64,000 bases of DNA, taken from assembly GCA_965204375.1 (NCBI GenBank), contig OZ241986.1, forward strand, positions 5,152,001 to 5,216,000, in the 5' to 3' direction. Of the stretch, positions 53,151-61,948 are shown piece by piece (position 1 is the stretch's first letter; each line of letters begins with the position of its first letter). Source of the stretch: Candidatus Latescibacterota bacterium (GTDB lineage: Bacteria; Latescibacterota; UBA2968). Made by a program: the position numbers and the translations under genes. The notes under the pieces are model-generated. The model saw nothing but the letters and a program-made list of their open reading frames with translations, ran no database searches and was not told the DNA's origin.

Positions 53151-53630
53151 TTATTCCTCCGCGATACTTCGATATTTCCCTCCATAATAGAGCAACGGAT
53201 TTCCCTCTCCCAATTCTCCCGCCAGTATTTCTCCTACAAACATGTCGTGGTCGCCTGCTGGCAAGATGTTCACTATCTTGCAGTCGAGATATCCCAGTGT
53301 TCCCTCTATGATCGGTGCACCTGTTTTGCTTTCGCGCAATGTCAGGTCGGAAAAGTCCTTTGGTCCCGGCATGGCAAATCGGTTGGACAGATGTTCTTGC
53401 TCCCGGGTGAGGATGTTGATTGCATAACACTGTCCGTCAGATAAGGCGCTGTGCATGGTCGCCGATTTATCGACCGATACCACGACGAGTGGTGGGTCCA
53501 GCGATAATGACATGACGGCGTTGGCTGTCATGCCGGTTATGTCGCCGTTTTTGTATCGCGTGGTGACGACGGTGACACCCGTTGCAAACCGCCCCATTAT
53601 ATCTCGTTGCAGCCGTGAATCAAATGCCAT
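53151..53630 (-). CDS. Flavin reductase-like protein
   Basis: FATGVTVVT, SLSLDPPL, AGDH, PLLY. Confidence 0.92.
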   Translation of the reverse strand: MAFDSRLQRDIMGRFATGVTVVTTRYKNGDITGMTANAVMSLSLDPPLVVVSVDKSATMHSALSDGQCYAINILTREQEHLSNRFAMPGPKDFSDLTLRESKTGAPIIEGTLGYLDCKIVNILPAGDHDMFVGEILAGELGEGNPLLYYGGKYRSIAEE

Positions 53631-53640
53631 AGATCCTCCT

Positions 53641-53747
53641 GTGAAGTGTGAAGTGTGAAGTAGGAAGTGTGAAGTGTGAAATGGGATGAAGCACCAGCCT
53701 TTGGGCGGTTGGGCGGGGCCTTCTTACTTCTCACTTCTTACTTCTCC
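53641..53747 (-). repeat. Dispersed heptamer-armed hairpin element, copy 3 (inverted)
   Basis: Minus strand reads (GAAGTAA/GAAGTGA)n-GAAGGCCCCGCCCAACCGCCCAAAGGCTGG-(CACTTCA)n. Confidence 0.75.
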
Positions 53748-55046
53748 TAACCACTCCGTCGCCGGGGAATCTACCGATGCGTGATGCGCGGCGAGGTCGG
53801 CGGTCATGGTTGCGATCATTTCCCGGTGTTCGGGGGCGTCAAACAGGTTGTTCACCTGGTCGGGATCGTTTTGGCGATCAAAGAGGATGGCGTCGTGGTC
53901 CTTTACATAGGCGAGTTCGTAATTGGGGGTGAATACGCCGGCTCTGTTCGGGTCGTGGTGGATATAACAGATGTCGTCCCATTCGGTTTTTTCGCCGCGC
54001 AAGAGTGCAGATGCATCTCGTCCGTGTTCGCGGCCACAGGGTTCATATCCCATGAGGGTCAGGATGGTGGGCATGAAATCGACGGAGCCGATCAGGTGAT
54101 CTATTCGCGTGTTAGCCGGGATTTTATCGGGCCAGCGGATTAACATGGGGACGCGATACGCTGTTTCATAGAGTTGATTTTTGCCCATCAATCCGTGTTC
54201 GCCGAGGTATTCGCCGTGGTCGGATGTGAAGACCACAATTGTGTTGTCCAGGATGCCTTTTTCGCGGAGTGCATCGAGCATTTTGCCCACGCAGTCGTCT
54301 ATGACTTTGACCATGCCGCAGTATTGGGCCATGTGTTTGCGCAGGATTTCATCTTCTGGAGCCTGTCTGTTGGCTACCCAACTTGGTTTATTTTCTTCGT
54401 TGCGCGTGTCGGGCAATGGCATATCTGCGGGGTTGTACATAGTGTCGTAGGGTGGGCGTACGGTAAATGGCGGATGGGGGTCGGGGATGCTGAGCATGAA
54501 ACAAAATGGGTTTTCTCGATCTCGCGTCAAAAATTCGTTGGTTTTTTCGGTTAGCCAGTCCGTTGGATAGGTTTTTTCGTCGCCCATGGTCCTGTAATTA
54601 AACACCGTGGGCTGCACATCGCCCATTTCGACGTCTTCGATTTTTTTCCAGTGTCCGCGATTGAACATGTATTGGGCGTCGTCAAAACCCATTGTGCGTT
54701 CGGGGTGTACCCAGCCGGGGCGCGGAGGTCCGTCCAGATGCCATTTGCCCGCGTAGCCAGTGTCGTATCCGCGATCTTTTAGTGCTTGTGCAAATGTGAT
54801 TTCATCGCGGTTGAGGGGGATGTTGTTGCGATACGCGCCGTGTACATGTTCGTAGCGCCCGGTGAGGAATACGCCTCGGGATGGGGTGCATACGGCGACG
54901 TTGACCATGAAGTTTGTCAAGATCGCGCCTTCGTTTGCAAGGGCGTCGATGTGGGGCGTTTCGACGAGTGTTCCGCCATACGCGCTCAATGTCCAGCAGC
55001 TTTGTTCGTCGGTGTGTATGACGAGGAGATTTGGAGAATCTGCCAT
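53724..55046 (-). CDS. Sulfatase
   Basis: CTPSR, GKWHLD, DPHPP, SDHGE. Confidence 0.9.
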   Translation of the reverse strand: MADSPNLLVIHTDEQSCWTLSAYGGTLVETPHIDALANEGAILTNFMVNVAVCTPSRGVFLTGRYEHVHGAYRNNIPLNRDEITFAQALKDRGYDTGYAGKWHLDGPPRPGWVHPERTMGFDDAQYMFNRGHWKKIEDVEMGDVQPTVFNYRTMGDEKTYPTDWLTEKTNEFLTRDRENPFCFMLSIPDPHPPFTVRPPYDTMYNPADMPLPDTRNEENKPSWVANRQAPEDEILRKHMAQYCGMVKVIDDCVGKMLDALREKGILDNTIVVFTSDHGEYLGEHGLMGKNQLYETAYRVPMLIRWPDKIPANTRIDHLIGSVDFMPTILTLMGYEPCGREHGRDASALLRGEKTEWDDICYIHHDPNRAGVFTPNYELAYVKDHDAILFDRQNDPDQVNNLFDAPEHREMIATMTADLAAHHASVDSPATEWLGEVRSEK

Positions 55047-55056
55047 TTATTTCTCC

Positions 55057-56430
55057 TTAGTGTTGGGTTAACCATGGATCGCCAGTTTTTGCTAACCAGT
55101 TGTCCATTTCTTCGTTCAGTTCTGCTTCAAGGTCGGGATGATCGCCAGCGATGTTTTGGAGTTGATAGGGGTCTGCGATGTTGTCGTGGAGGATTGTTTC
55201 TTCGTCTTCGCCTGTTCGCGTGACGACATAGGTGTGTCGGTGTGTGCGCACGCCGCGCGATCCGCCAGCGGGGTTGTCGGGCATTACGTTGAGGTAGAGT
55301 GCAGAGGTGGGGCGCGTGCCTTCTTTGCCCATGAGGATATCGGAGTAATCCGTTCCCTGGACACTGTCGGGGACCTGTCCCACGCCCATGAGGTTGAGCA
55401 ATGTGGGCATTAAGTCGGGTGTGCCGATTAACAGGTTATCTGTGCCGGGTGTGATTTTTCCGGGCCAGCGAATGATAAATGGCACGGTGAAGGATTCTTC
55501 GTAGTGTACGGTTTTGCCGATGCGGCCGTGGCTGCCCATCATTTCACCGTGGTCAGAGGTGAAGACGACGATGGTGTTTTCTTCCAGGCCCTCTGTTTTC
55601 AGACAGTCCAGTATGCGTCCAAAGTTTTCATCGACGCCGGTTACCATGGCGAAGTAGTGTTTTACATTTTCGCGGGCGCTGTCGCCGCGTGCATCTGTGG
55701 GTACGTTGGGGCGCGTCAAGAGGTCTTCATGGGTGGCATCGCCGTATTGGGCGACGTATTTTTCTGGTACTTGTTTGAATGGCATGTGCGGTGGGTTGTG
55801 GGATATGACGAGTGAGAATGGTTTTTCGGGATCTCTGTATTTGCCACCTTCGTTGCGGATGTAGTTTATTGCGATGTCGGTTTCGTGTTTGGGAGACCAT
55901 TCCCGCGGGTCGATGCGTTTGTCTATGGGGTCGTTGCCGGTCCAATAATGGGGGTTGAAGTGCCAGTCGCAACAGCCGTAGGAATACCAGAAGTCATAGC
56001 CGTGTCTGCGCGGTCCCGGCGGGGTGTATGAATCCCAGATGACGCCATTTCCTCTCGGTCCTTCTGTGTATTGATACTGTTCATTGGGCGGGTCGAGGTG
56101 CAGTTTGCCCAGGTACGCCTGATTGTAGCCAGCGTCGTGCAAGACGTCTGAGAAGCACCGTGCGTTTTCCCGGAGGTAGTTTTCGTATTGTACTGTGGTG
56201 GAGTTGACGTTGCTGAGTACGCCGTTGGCGTGGGGATATTGTCCGGTGAAGAGCATTGCCCGATATGGGCTGCATACGGGTCTGGTGCTTACGGCGTCGG
56301 TTAATACCAGGCTTTCAGATGCAAATCGGTCGATGTTGGGCGTTATTACGGGGTCTTCGTTCATGAATCCCATGGCTTGTTTGCGATATTCATCGGGGAA
56401 TACAAATACGAGGTTGGGATGTTCAGGCAT
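55057..56430 (-). CDS. Sulfatase
   Basis: CSPYR, GKLHLD, PPH, SDHGEMMGSHG. Start moved to MPEHPN. Confidence 0.9.
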   Translation of the reverse strand: MPEHPNLVFVFPDEYRKQAMGFMNEDPVITPNIDRFASESLVLTDAVSTRPVCSPYRAMLFTGQYPHANGVLSNVNSTTVQYENYLRENARCFSDVLHDAGYNQAYLGKLHLDPPNEQYQYTEGPRGNGVIWDSYTPPGPRRHGYDFWYSYGCCDWHFNPHYWTGNDPIDKRIDPREWSPKHETDIAINYIRNEGGKYRDPEKPFSLVISHNPPHMPFKQVPEKYVAQYGDATHEDLLTRPNVPTDARGDSARENVKHYFAMVTGVDENFGRILDCLKTEGLEENTIVVFTSDHGEMMGSHGRIGKTVHYEESFTVPFIIRWPGKITPGTDNLLIGTPDLMPTLLNLMGVGQVPDSVQGTDYSDILMGKEGTRPTSALYLNVMPDNPAGGSRGVRTHRHTYVVTRTGEDEETILHDNIADPYQLQNIAGDHPDLEAELNEEMDNWLAKTGDPWLTQH

Positions 56431-56526
56431 CTTTGTCTCCATTTTATATATGCGGGAATAACACTGCCATAAATTGCGCCAATAGTCGCTGATGTCAAGG
56501 ATAACCATTGGTGCAGGTTGTCCATT

Positions 56527-56598
56527 GTAGGGGCGGGTTTTAAACCCGTCCGTCAGTGGTCAGTTATCCATTGTAGGGGCGAGGCATGCCTCGCCCGT
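56527..56598. repeat. GTAG-type REP doublet
   Basis: GTAGGGGCGGGTTTTAAACCCGTCCGT and GTAGGGGCGAGGCATGCCTCGCCCGT. Confidence 0.8.
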
Positions 56599-56687
56599 CA
56601 TTCCTGCATGGTGGAAAGCCGCCACGCGCAAGCACAACGCCAGTAATCCAGTGGTTTTTGTTTTTTAATTCCCAATTTTTAATTGCT

Positions 56688-57806
56688 TCATTTCACCCGA
56701 TCATAAATCGCCTCTAATTTTTTACCCTGTTTTTCCAGATTGTGCTGCTTTTCGACGTGAGTGCGGCCAGCGCGGCCAAATTGTTCGGGGGAGCTGAGGA
56801 GGGTGTCCAATCCCGATGCGAGGCCCGCGACATCTCGTTCGGGATATAATAGGCCACAGGTTTTGTCGATGACGACTTCGGGGATGTCGGCGTGTAGGGA
56901 CGATACGATGGGGACGCCCATTGCCATTGCTTCGATCAGGGCGACGGGGGCGCCGCCTTCGGTGTCGCCATCTGATGCTGTGATGCTGGGATATAAGAGG
57001 ATTGTTGCGCGTTTTAGTTCTTCCAGTGCGAGAGGATGGGGGAGCAAGCCGAGCATTTTGACGCAGTTTTCAAGGTGTAGTTTCCGTATTTCGGCTTGTA
57101 GTTGTGGGCGCAAAGGTCCGTCGCCGATCATCCGCAGTTGAACATCCGGGTATTTTTCCGCTATTTTTGAAAATGCCCGGATTGCGTATTTCAAGCCTTT
57201 TTTTTCTCGAAATACGCTGTATGTCAATACGACGGGTTGTTTGGGTGTGGGGTCTGTTCTGAGGGGAATTTTTTCGAGATCTACGCCCAGATGTTGTACG
57301 ATTACCCGGTTGGCAGGACATCCCAGTGCGATGAGTTGTTCTCCCATGAAGGGTCCTTCGACCAGGAAGAGATCGCCTTCGGCAAAGAGCCGTTTGTAGC
57401 GTTTTTGCCATTTTTTTTGACGGGGTAGTGCCGATACATCCAGGCCGTAAAAGGTGGTGATCAGGGGGATACCTGTGCGCTGTTTTGCGGAGAGACACCG
57501 GTATCCTTCTTGCCCAAAGTGCGCGTGGATGAGGGCGGCGTTGTGTTCTCGGAGCCAGTTTTCATAGCTGGCGTACGTGCCGCGCATTTTGCGAATGAGG
57601 CGCAGGATTGTTCTGCGAATGGGCGAGATATCTTCGGCGGATAGAACGGGTTCTATGGGGAATCGATCCAGGTTCTGGCGCGTTTGTGTGAGGACGATGG
57701 GCCGATACCGTTTCAGTGCGCGAATTTGATCGTATATCCAGGTGGCTGTTGCTGGTAAATAGGGGTTGGCACTGTGCGCGACGACAGGTTCCAGGCGGTT
57801 TCTCAT
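56688..57806 (-). CDS. GT4 glycosyltransferase (WcaL-like)
   Basis: IHAHFG, EKKGL, DGDTEGG.PVALIEAMAMG, HADIPE. Confidence 0.88.
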   Translation of the reverse strand: MRNRLEPVVAHSANPYLPATATWIYDQIRALKRYRPIVLTQTRQNLDRFPIEPVLSAEDISPIRRTILRLIRKMRGTYASYENWLREHNAALIHAHFGQEGYRCLSAKQRTGIPLITTFYGLDVSALPRQKKWQKRYKRLFAEGDLFLVEGPFMGEQLIALGCPANRVIVQHLGVDLEKIPLRTDPTPKQPVVLTYSVFREKKGLKYAIRAFSKIAEKYPDVQLRMIGDGPLRPQLQAEIRKLHLENCVKMLGLLPHPLALEELKRATILLYPSITASDGDTEGGAPVALIEAMAMGVPIVSSLHADIPEVVIDKTCGLLYPERDVAGLASGLDTLLSSPEQFGRAGRTHVEKQHNLEKQGKKLEAIYDRVK

Positions 57807-57937
57807 AAAAAAATCCCGTTGATACGCTCCATTCTATCGAAATTACCCCTGAAGAGTGTATCTCTCCAGGGGTTTTAAAATTCTGCAATATGTGGAGTAC
57901 ATCAGTCGCTATCCTCAGTTATATATTCCTGTTCTCA

Positions 57938-58138
57938 TCAGGGCAATGCTTCAACGCGTTCCACTTCCTCTGTCAAAATTTGATTCACCACTTGACCCAA
58001 ATCTTTGCCTCTTTTTTTTGCGACCTGTTCAAGCCGGTGCTGGAGTTTCGCATTGAGGTAAATTGGCAGCCGGATTTCAGCGCCCTTGCGGTAAAATTTT
58101 CCTCTTTCAGCCCCGGAGAAATCGTATTCTGGTTTCAT
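57938..58138 (-). CDS. BrnA/CopG-like antitoxin, apparently orphan
   Basis: MKPEYDFSGAERGKFYR N-terminus with an RHH-like C-terminus. Confidence 0.7.
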   Translation of the reverse strand: MKPEYDFSGAERGKFYRKGAEIRLPIYLNAKLQHRLEQVAKKRGKDLGQVVNQILTEEVERVEALP

Positions 58139-58382
58139 TGGGTTAGTCACTTATTGTCCTATCAATTTTCACCTATAATTCACTAAAAAAATGAAATACC
58201 TGACACTTTACTGCTGTGCCTTATAATAGCAAATGAGTGATATAAACACAATGCGAAAAATCAGATCTCAGAGTTTTTTGAAGGCATCGACAACCAATTA
58301 TCTTGCTTAAGGCGTTCTTCAGTGGGTTTATCATTTGCCATCAATTTGCCCAGCCTCAACAGAAGGTGTACGCACCATCTGC

Positions 58383-58679
58383 TCACACAATCACATAGTC
58401 CTCGCGTTTTGGCACGGGGTGTTCGCGTTCGGAAATGCCTTCTATCCGCTTTTCGCATGCAGCACATAGATGATAATAACAGATGCGATCATCTTCCGGG
58501 TCAATCAGTTCCGACATTTTGGACCGCAACGCGAGAAATCGACTTTCATTTAAGTTACACTCAAAAACGCTTTTCTGCCGCCGCGATCCATAATTTTCCA
58601 TGAGTTTCATTACCCGCCGCAATCGGCGTTTGTCGGCAATATCGTAGGCTACTACTACAAGCATCGCGCTGGTCTCCAA
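58383..58679 (-). CDS. cas2: CRISPR-associated endoribonuclease Cas2
   Basis: VVAYDI.D.RR, GSRRQKSVFEC, D.ICYY.LC..C; follows cas1. Confidence 0.95.
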   Translation of the reverse strand: METSAMLVVVAYDIADKRRLRRVMKLMENYGSRRQKSVFECNLNESRFLALRSKMSELIDPEDDRICYYHLCAACEKRIEGISEREHPVPKREDYVIV

Positions 58680-58682
58680 AAA

Positions 58683-59684
58683 TTATCGAATTAAGAATGG
58701 CAGGTATGCCGTGTCTTCGCCGCGCAATAGGCGGATGAGACGACGGGCCTGGAACTCAAAGCATTGGCGATATGACACTTTTTGTACCTGTCCACCGGGT
58801 TGCAGATATTGGACTTCAACAGCGACGCGATCTTGATAGGCACGAATTAACTGCGTCCGTCCATCGCCACATAAGAACACACCCCCGTCGCGCTGTTCAA
58901 AGTCTTCCTTTTTTATTTGTCCGTGATTCAGCAAGTCCAGTACCATTGCATCTACAATCACTGGGCGAAATTCTTCCATCATGTCCAGCGCGAGCGAGGG
59001 GCGGCCGTAATCTACGAGATGCAGATAACCGATATAGGGGTCCAAGCCCACGCGCAAGACAGCCGATTCCAGGTCCGAAGATAGGAGCGTATAGCCAAAG
59101 CTCAACATGGCGTTGACTGCATCTTTGGGTGGGCGGCGCGTGCGTTTGACAAAGGGAAATGCAGTGGGTAAAAATTGACCGAGCGCACCGAAATAGGTCG
59201 CGGTTGCAGCACCTTCGATTCCGCGCAGGGCATCGGCATTGTCAGCGCGGTCTATCTGTTTTAAGAGTGCGCGCAGTCGCCGTGCGGTGTGGGCGATGTC
59301 TCGATTTCGGCGTCGGGCAAGGCGCATGATCAGGGTGCGCATGTTGCGGATTTTGCCCGATACAAATCCCCGTGCGGCACCCAGTCGAAACGCTTCGTCT
59401 TCGTAGCGACGGTATTGCATTTGCCGCAGAATCACATTGCGGCCCTGCGGTCCGACCAGTCGCCCGCGATAACTGCCCGTGGTGCTGAGGAGTACGAGGT
59501 CAATGCCCTGCATTAGCGCGGTGTGCATGGCCGCAGGTGTTATTCCGATGTTGCCAAATAAGACCATCTGGTGCAGATCATACGCGGGTGATGTGTGGAG
59601 TTTTTTTTTGCCTTTCCACACGGTTAATCGCTCGCCTTCACGGCGTACCTGTGCGCCGGTTTCTGTGACATAGAGTACGGACAC
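58683..59684 (-). CDS. cas1: CRISPR-associated integrase Cas1
   Basis: LYVTETGA, GIEG.A...YF, NAMLSFGY, GYLH..DYGRPSLALDMMEEFRP. Likely GTG start at 59684. Confidence 0.97.
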   Translation of the reverse strand: MSVLYVTETGAQVRREGERLTVWKGKKKLHTSPAYDLHQMVLFGNIGITPAAMHTALMQGIDLVLLSTTGSYRGRLVGPQGRNVILRQMQYRRYEDEAFRLGAARGFVSGKIRNMRTLIMRLARRRNRDIAHTARRLRALLKQIDRADNADALRGIEGAATATYFGALGQFLPTAFPFVKRTRRPPKDAVNAMLSFGYTLLSSDLESAVLRVGLDPYIGYLHLVDYGRPSLALDMMEEFRPVIVDAMVLDLLNHGQIKKEDFEQRDGGVFLCGDGRTQLIRAYQDRVAVEVQYLQPGGQVQKVSYRQCFEFQARRLIRLLRGEDTAYLPFLIR

Positions 59685-59685
59685 T

Positions 59686-61611
59686 TCACACCACCTCAAC
59701 GCCTATTTGCAACCGTCCCGCGTCATCCGCTGTTACAACCCAAACGCCTGTGGTGATTTTGCCTTTGCGGTCGCGCAATAAGTCGCGCATTTCATCTTCT
59801 GCACGCGATAGGTCGGCCATGACCTGTGCGGCTTGCTGGCGCAGTGCGACGTAACGATCTATAGCTTCGCGGTTTTGCGGTTGATCCACACGTCCCATGC
59901 CGGCTGTAAATGCCGGGTCGATATGTAGCAGAGGAGAGGGGTACCCGCCTTCGGGCAAGTCAAATTCGCAGTTGCAGGGGACGGTTTCGACGAGGTCGGG
60001 CAGGTGTTTGCGGATTTTTGGACAGCCAATGGGATTCGGATGCAGGCGTTCGATCTGATAATCGGTTACTTCGGCTTTGTAATCTGCACACGCGCCGATT
60101 ACTGCGTGTAAAAAAGCGCGTCCCTGGTCGTCGAGATGTCCGAATACGCATTTTAAGACGTGGCGTTCGATGTGTACCAGATGGGCGGTTGTATAGGCTT
60201 TTTCTGTGAGTGCGCGAATGACGGCGCATCCCTTCATGATGGGTTGATATTCTGGAAAGGCTTTTTCTAAATCGACTTTTTGCAGGGGTGTGTGGGGTTT
60301 CCCTCCGCCCAGGCGAGAAACTGCATGGTCAAATGCCTGTGTGTCTATGGGTTTGATGTCGCGCAAGACGCGGTCCTGGTCTGCGAGTGCGTGTCCTTCT
60401 GTGTCGATAAATAGCGCACGTCGTCCTGTTTTGCGGTGGATGCCCAGGGGGAGTTTGATCAAATTGCCGAGTTCATCTTCTCCAACGGTGTCTTGTTTGG
60501 GAAACCATTCCCACTGCAATTCCTCTGATGGCGGTCCAAATCGCTTTGCAAATGCGCGACCATAAGCACGCAGGTCACATGCGGGGATGGGTTTTTCAAA
60601 GAAGAGCCATATATGCGCCCCTTTGTTTCCGCTGTCTTCGATGTGGACGGGGAGGTTGAGGGATGCAAAGCCAGCGCATACCCGTCGGATGTCTTTGCAT
60701 ACTTGTTCGCGCAACGCATCCATTAAGGTGTTGTTTTGCAGTGCTTTGTTGAGGGTCTCTTTTTTTATGTCGATGTCCAGGGCTAAAAATTGCGCTTTGT
60801 CCAGGTCGAATATCGGATATACCCCCACAGTCGTGTCTCCGCGGAGGTGGGATTGGATCACGCCCTCTGTGAGGGGTTCGCGCACGGGGACATAGCCGGT
60901 TTTTCCGTCTTCATCAATCCATTGCCGAGCGTACACGTCTTTGCGCGCGGTGAATAGCCGCAAGATGTGTGCGGCAGTATCAGGTTGGTTTTTGATTTCT
61001 GCATCTGGCAAGGTCTGGGATGTTTGCAACTGCGCGCCGACGAGTTGTTTGCCCGCAAGTGCGCCTGCATGGTCCGGGTCGTGCTCAAGTACTCGTCCGT
61101 AGAGTTCTTGCGCGAGGCCCATCATGCCATCTTCTTCGTATAGATGCGCGAGTTCAAAGAGTCCTTCTATGTGATCTGCATGATGCTGAATGAGGGTTTG
61201 CAAGCGCGATTGCGCGAGGCCCGTTTCATTGCGGTCTGCGTGTAACATTGCCAGTCCAAATAGGGATTTGGCATCGTCAGGGCACTGAGATAGGTGCGCC
61301 TGATAGATTTCAACGGCTGACTGGATGTCGTTCAGTTCTTCTGCGAGTACACCCCATTCACCAAACGCATCATCTACTGGTAGATCGCGCCACCGATTGA
61401 GCAATGTCTGTGCTCTGTCCTGTTCGCCCCGGATGAGGGCTATGCGGACCATCAATTGATGTGCGCGATTGCATGCCGGATCGCGCGCACAGGCTTCCGA
61501 AGCCAATGCCTCCACGCCATCCACGTTGTTTTGTTCTAAAAGTACCTGTGCTTTTTCACAGAGGGTATCCACGAGAGATGTGGGGGACGATTCTATTGCA
61601 GGAGTTGTCAT
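59686..61611 (-). CDS. CRISPR-associated primase-polymerase (CAPP): TPR repeats, AEP domain, Cys-rich C-terminal domain
   Basis: N-terminal TPRs; AEP motifs LDID and SGNKGAH; FPKQD..GNLIKLPLG; Cys-rich C-terminal domain; directly upstream of cas1-cas2. Confidence 0.88.
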   Translation of the reverse strand: MTTPAIESSPTSLVDTLCEKAQVLLEQNNVDGVEALASEACARDPACNRAHQLMVRIALIRGEQDRAQTLLNRWRDLPVDDAFGEWGVLAEELNDIQSAVEIYQAHLSQCPDDAKSLFGLAMLHADRNETGLAQSRLQTLIQHHADHIEGLFELAHLYEEDGMMGLAQELYGRVLEHDPDHAGALAGKQLVGAQLQTSQTLPDAEIKNQPDTAAHILRLFTARKDVYARQWIDEDGKTGYVPVREPLTEGVIQSHLRGDTTVGVYPIFDLDKAQFLALDIDIKKETLNKALQNNTLMDALREQVCKDIRRVCAGFASLNLPVHIEDSGNKGAHIWLFFEKPIPACDLRAYGRAFAKRFGPPSEELQWEWFPKQDTVGEDELGNLIKLPLGIHRKTGRRALFIDTEGHALADQDRVLRDIKPIDTQAFDHAVSRLGGGKPHTPLQKVDLEKAFPEYQPIMKGCAVIRALTEKAYTTAHLVHIERHVLKCVFGHLDDQGRAFLHAVIGACADYKAEVTDYQIERLHPNPIGCPKIRKHLPDLVETVPCNCEFDLPEGGYPSPLLHIDPAFTAGMGRVDQPQNREAIDRYVALRQQAAQVMADLSRAEDEMRDLLRDRKGKITTGVWVVTADDAGRLQIGVEVV

Positions 61612-61713
61612 GGGGAGATTCCTTTCTGTTTGGGGAAAAATAATGCAATCACACTGGGGTTTGTCTGTGGATTGCGTTTACACATTTTTTAGCAGTTTTA
61701 ATTTTTTCTTCAA

Positions 61714-61742
61714 AAATTAGTGCTCAAATGTTCACTTGTCAA
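61714..61742 (-). promoter_or_regulatory. Sigma-70 promoter for CAPP-cas1-cas2
   Basis: TTGACA-17 bp-TAATTT on the minus strand, about 100 bp upstream of CAPP. Confidence 0.65.
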
Positions 61743-61750
61743 GATAAAAA

Positions 61751-61774
61751 AGTAAACGGGTAGTCCCTCCTGAT
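61751..61774 (-). CRISPR. Partial degenerate CRISPR repeat
   Basis: AGTAAACGGGTAGTCCCTCCTGAT versus consensus AGTAGTCGGGTAATCCTTCCTGAT (20/24). Confidence 0.7.
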
Positions 61775-61780
61775 TGTTTC

Positions 61781-61948
61781 TTAGCCTCCAATGAACGCTT
61801 TAGCGATTGACCACAATACCACAATAGCCATGATATGCGGTATGTGTATAATCAGCGCAAAAATTACGGCGAACACGAATATACACAACACCACTATATC
61901 TACCAATAAACGGACAATGAGATCTGCTGTGTTATTGGGCTCTTTCAT
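61781..61948 (-). CDS. 55-aa two-helix membrane protein occupying a CRISPR spacer position (not in the ORF track)
   Basis: Manual translation: MKEPNNTADLIVRLLVDIVVLCIFVFAVIFALIIHIPHIMAIVVLWSIAKAFIGG*. The ATG directly follows the repeat end ATTGAAAC; GAGG lies 9 nt upstream. Confidence 0.65.
   Translation of the reverse strand: MKEPNNTADLIVRLLVDIVVLCIFVFAVIFALIIHIPHIMAIVVLWSIAKAFIGG

Noticed and set aside
58261-58467. Short ORF overlapping and following cas2
   Set aside because: No motif or clear RBS; overlaps cas2 in another frame.
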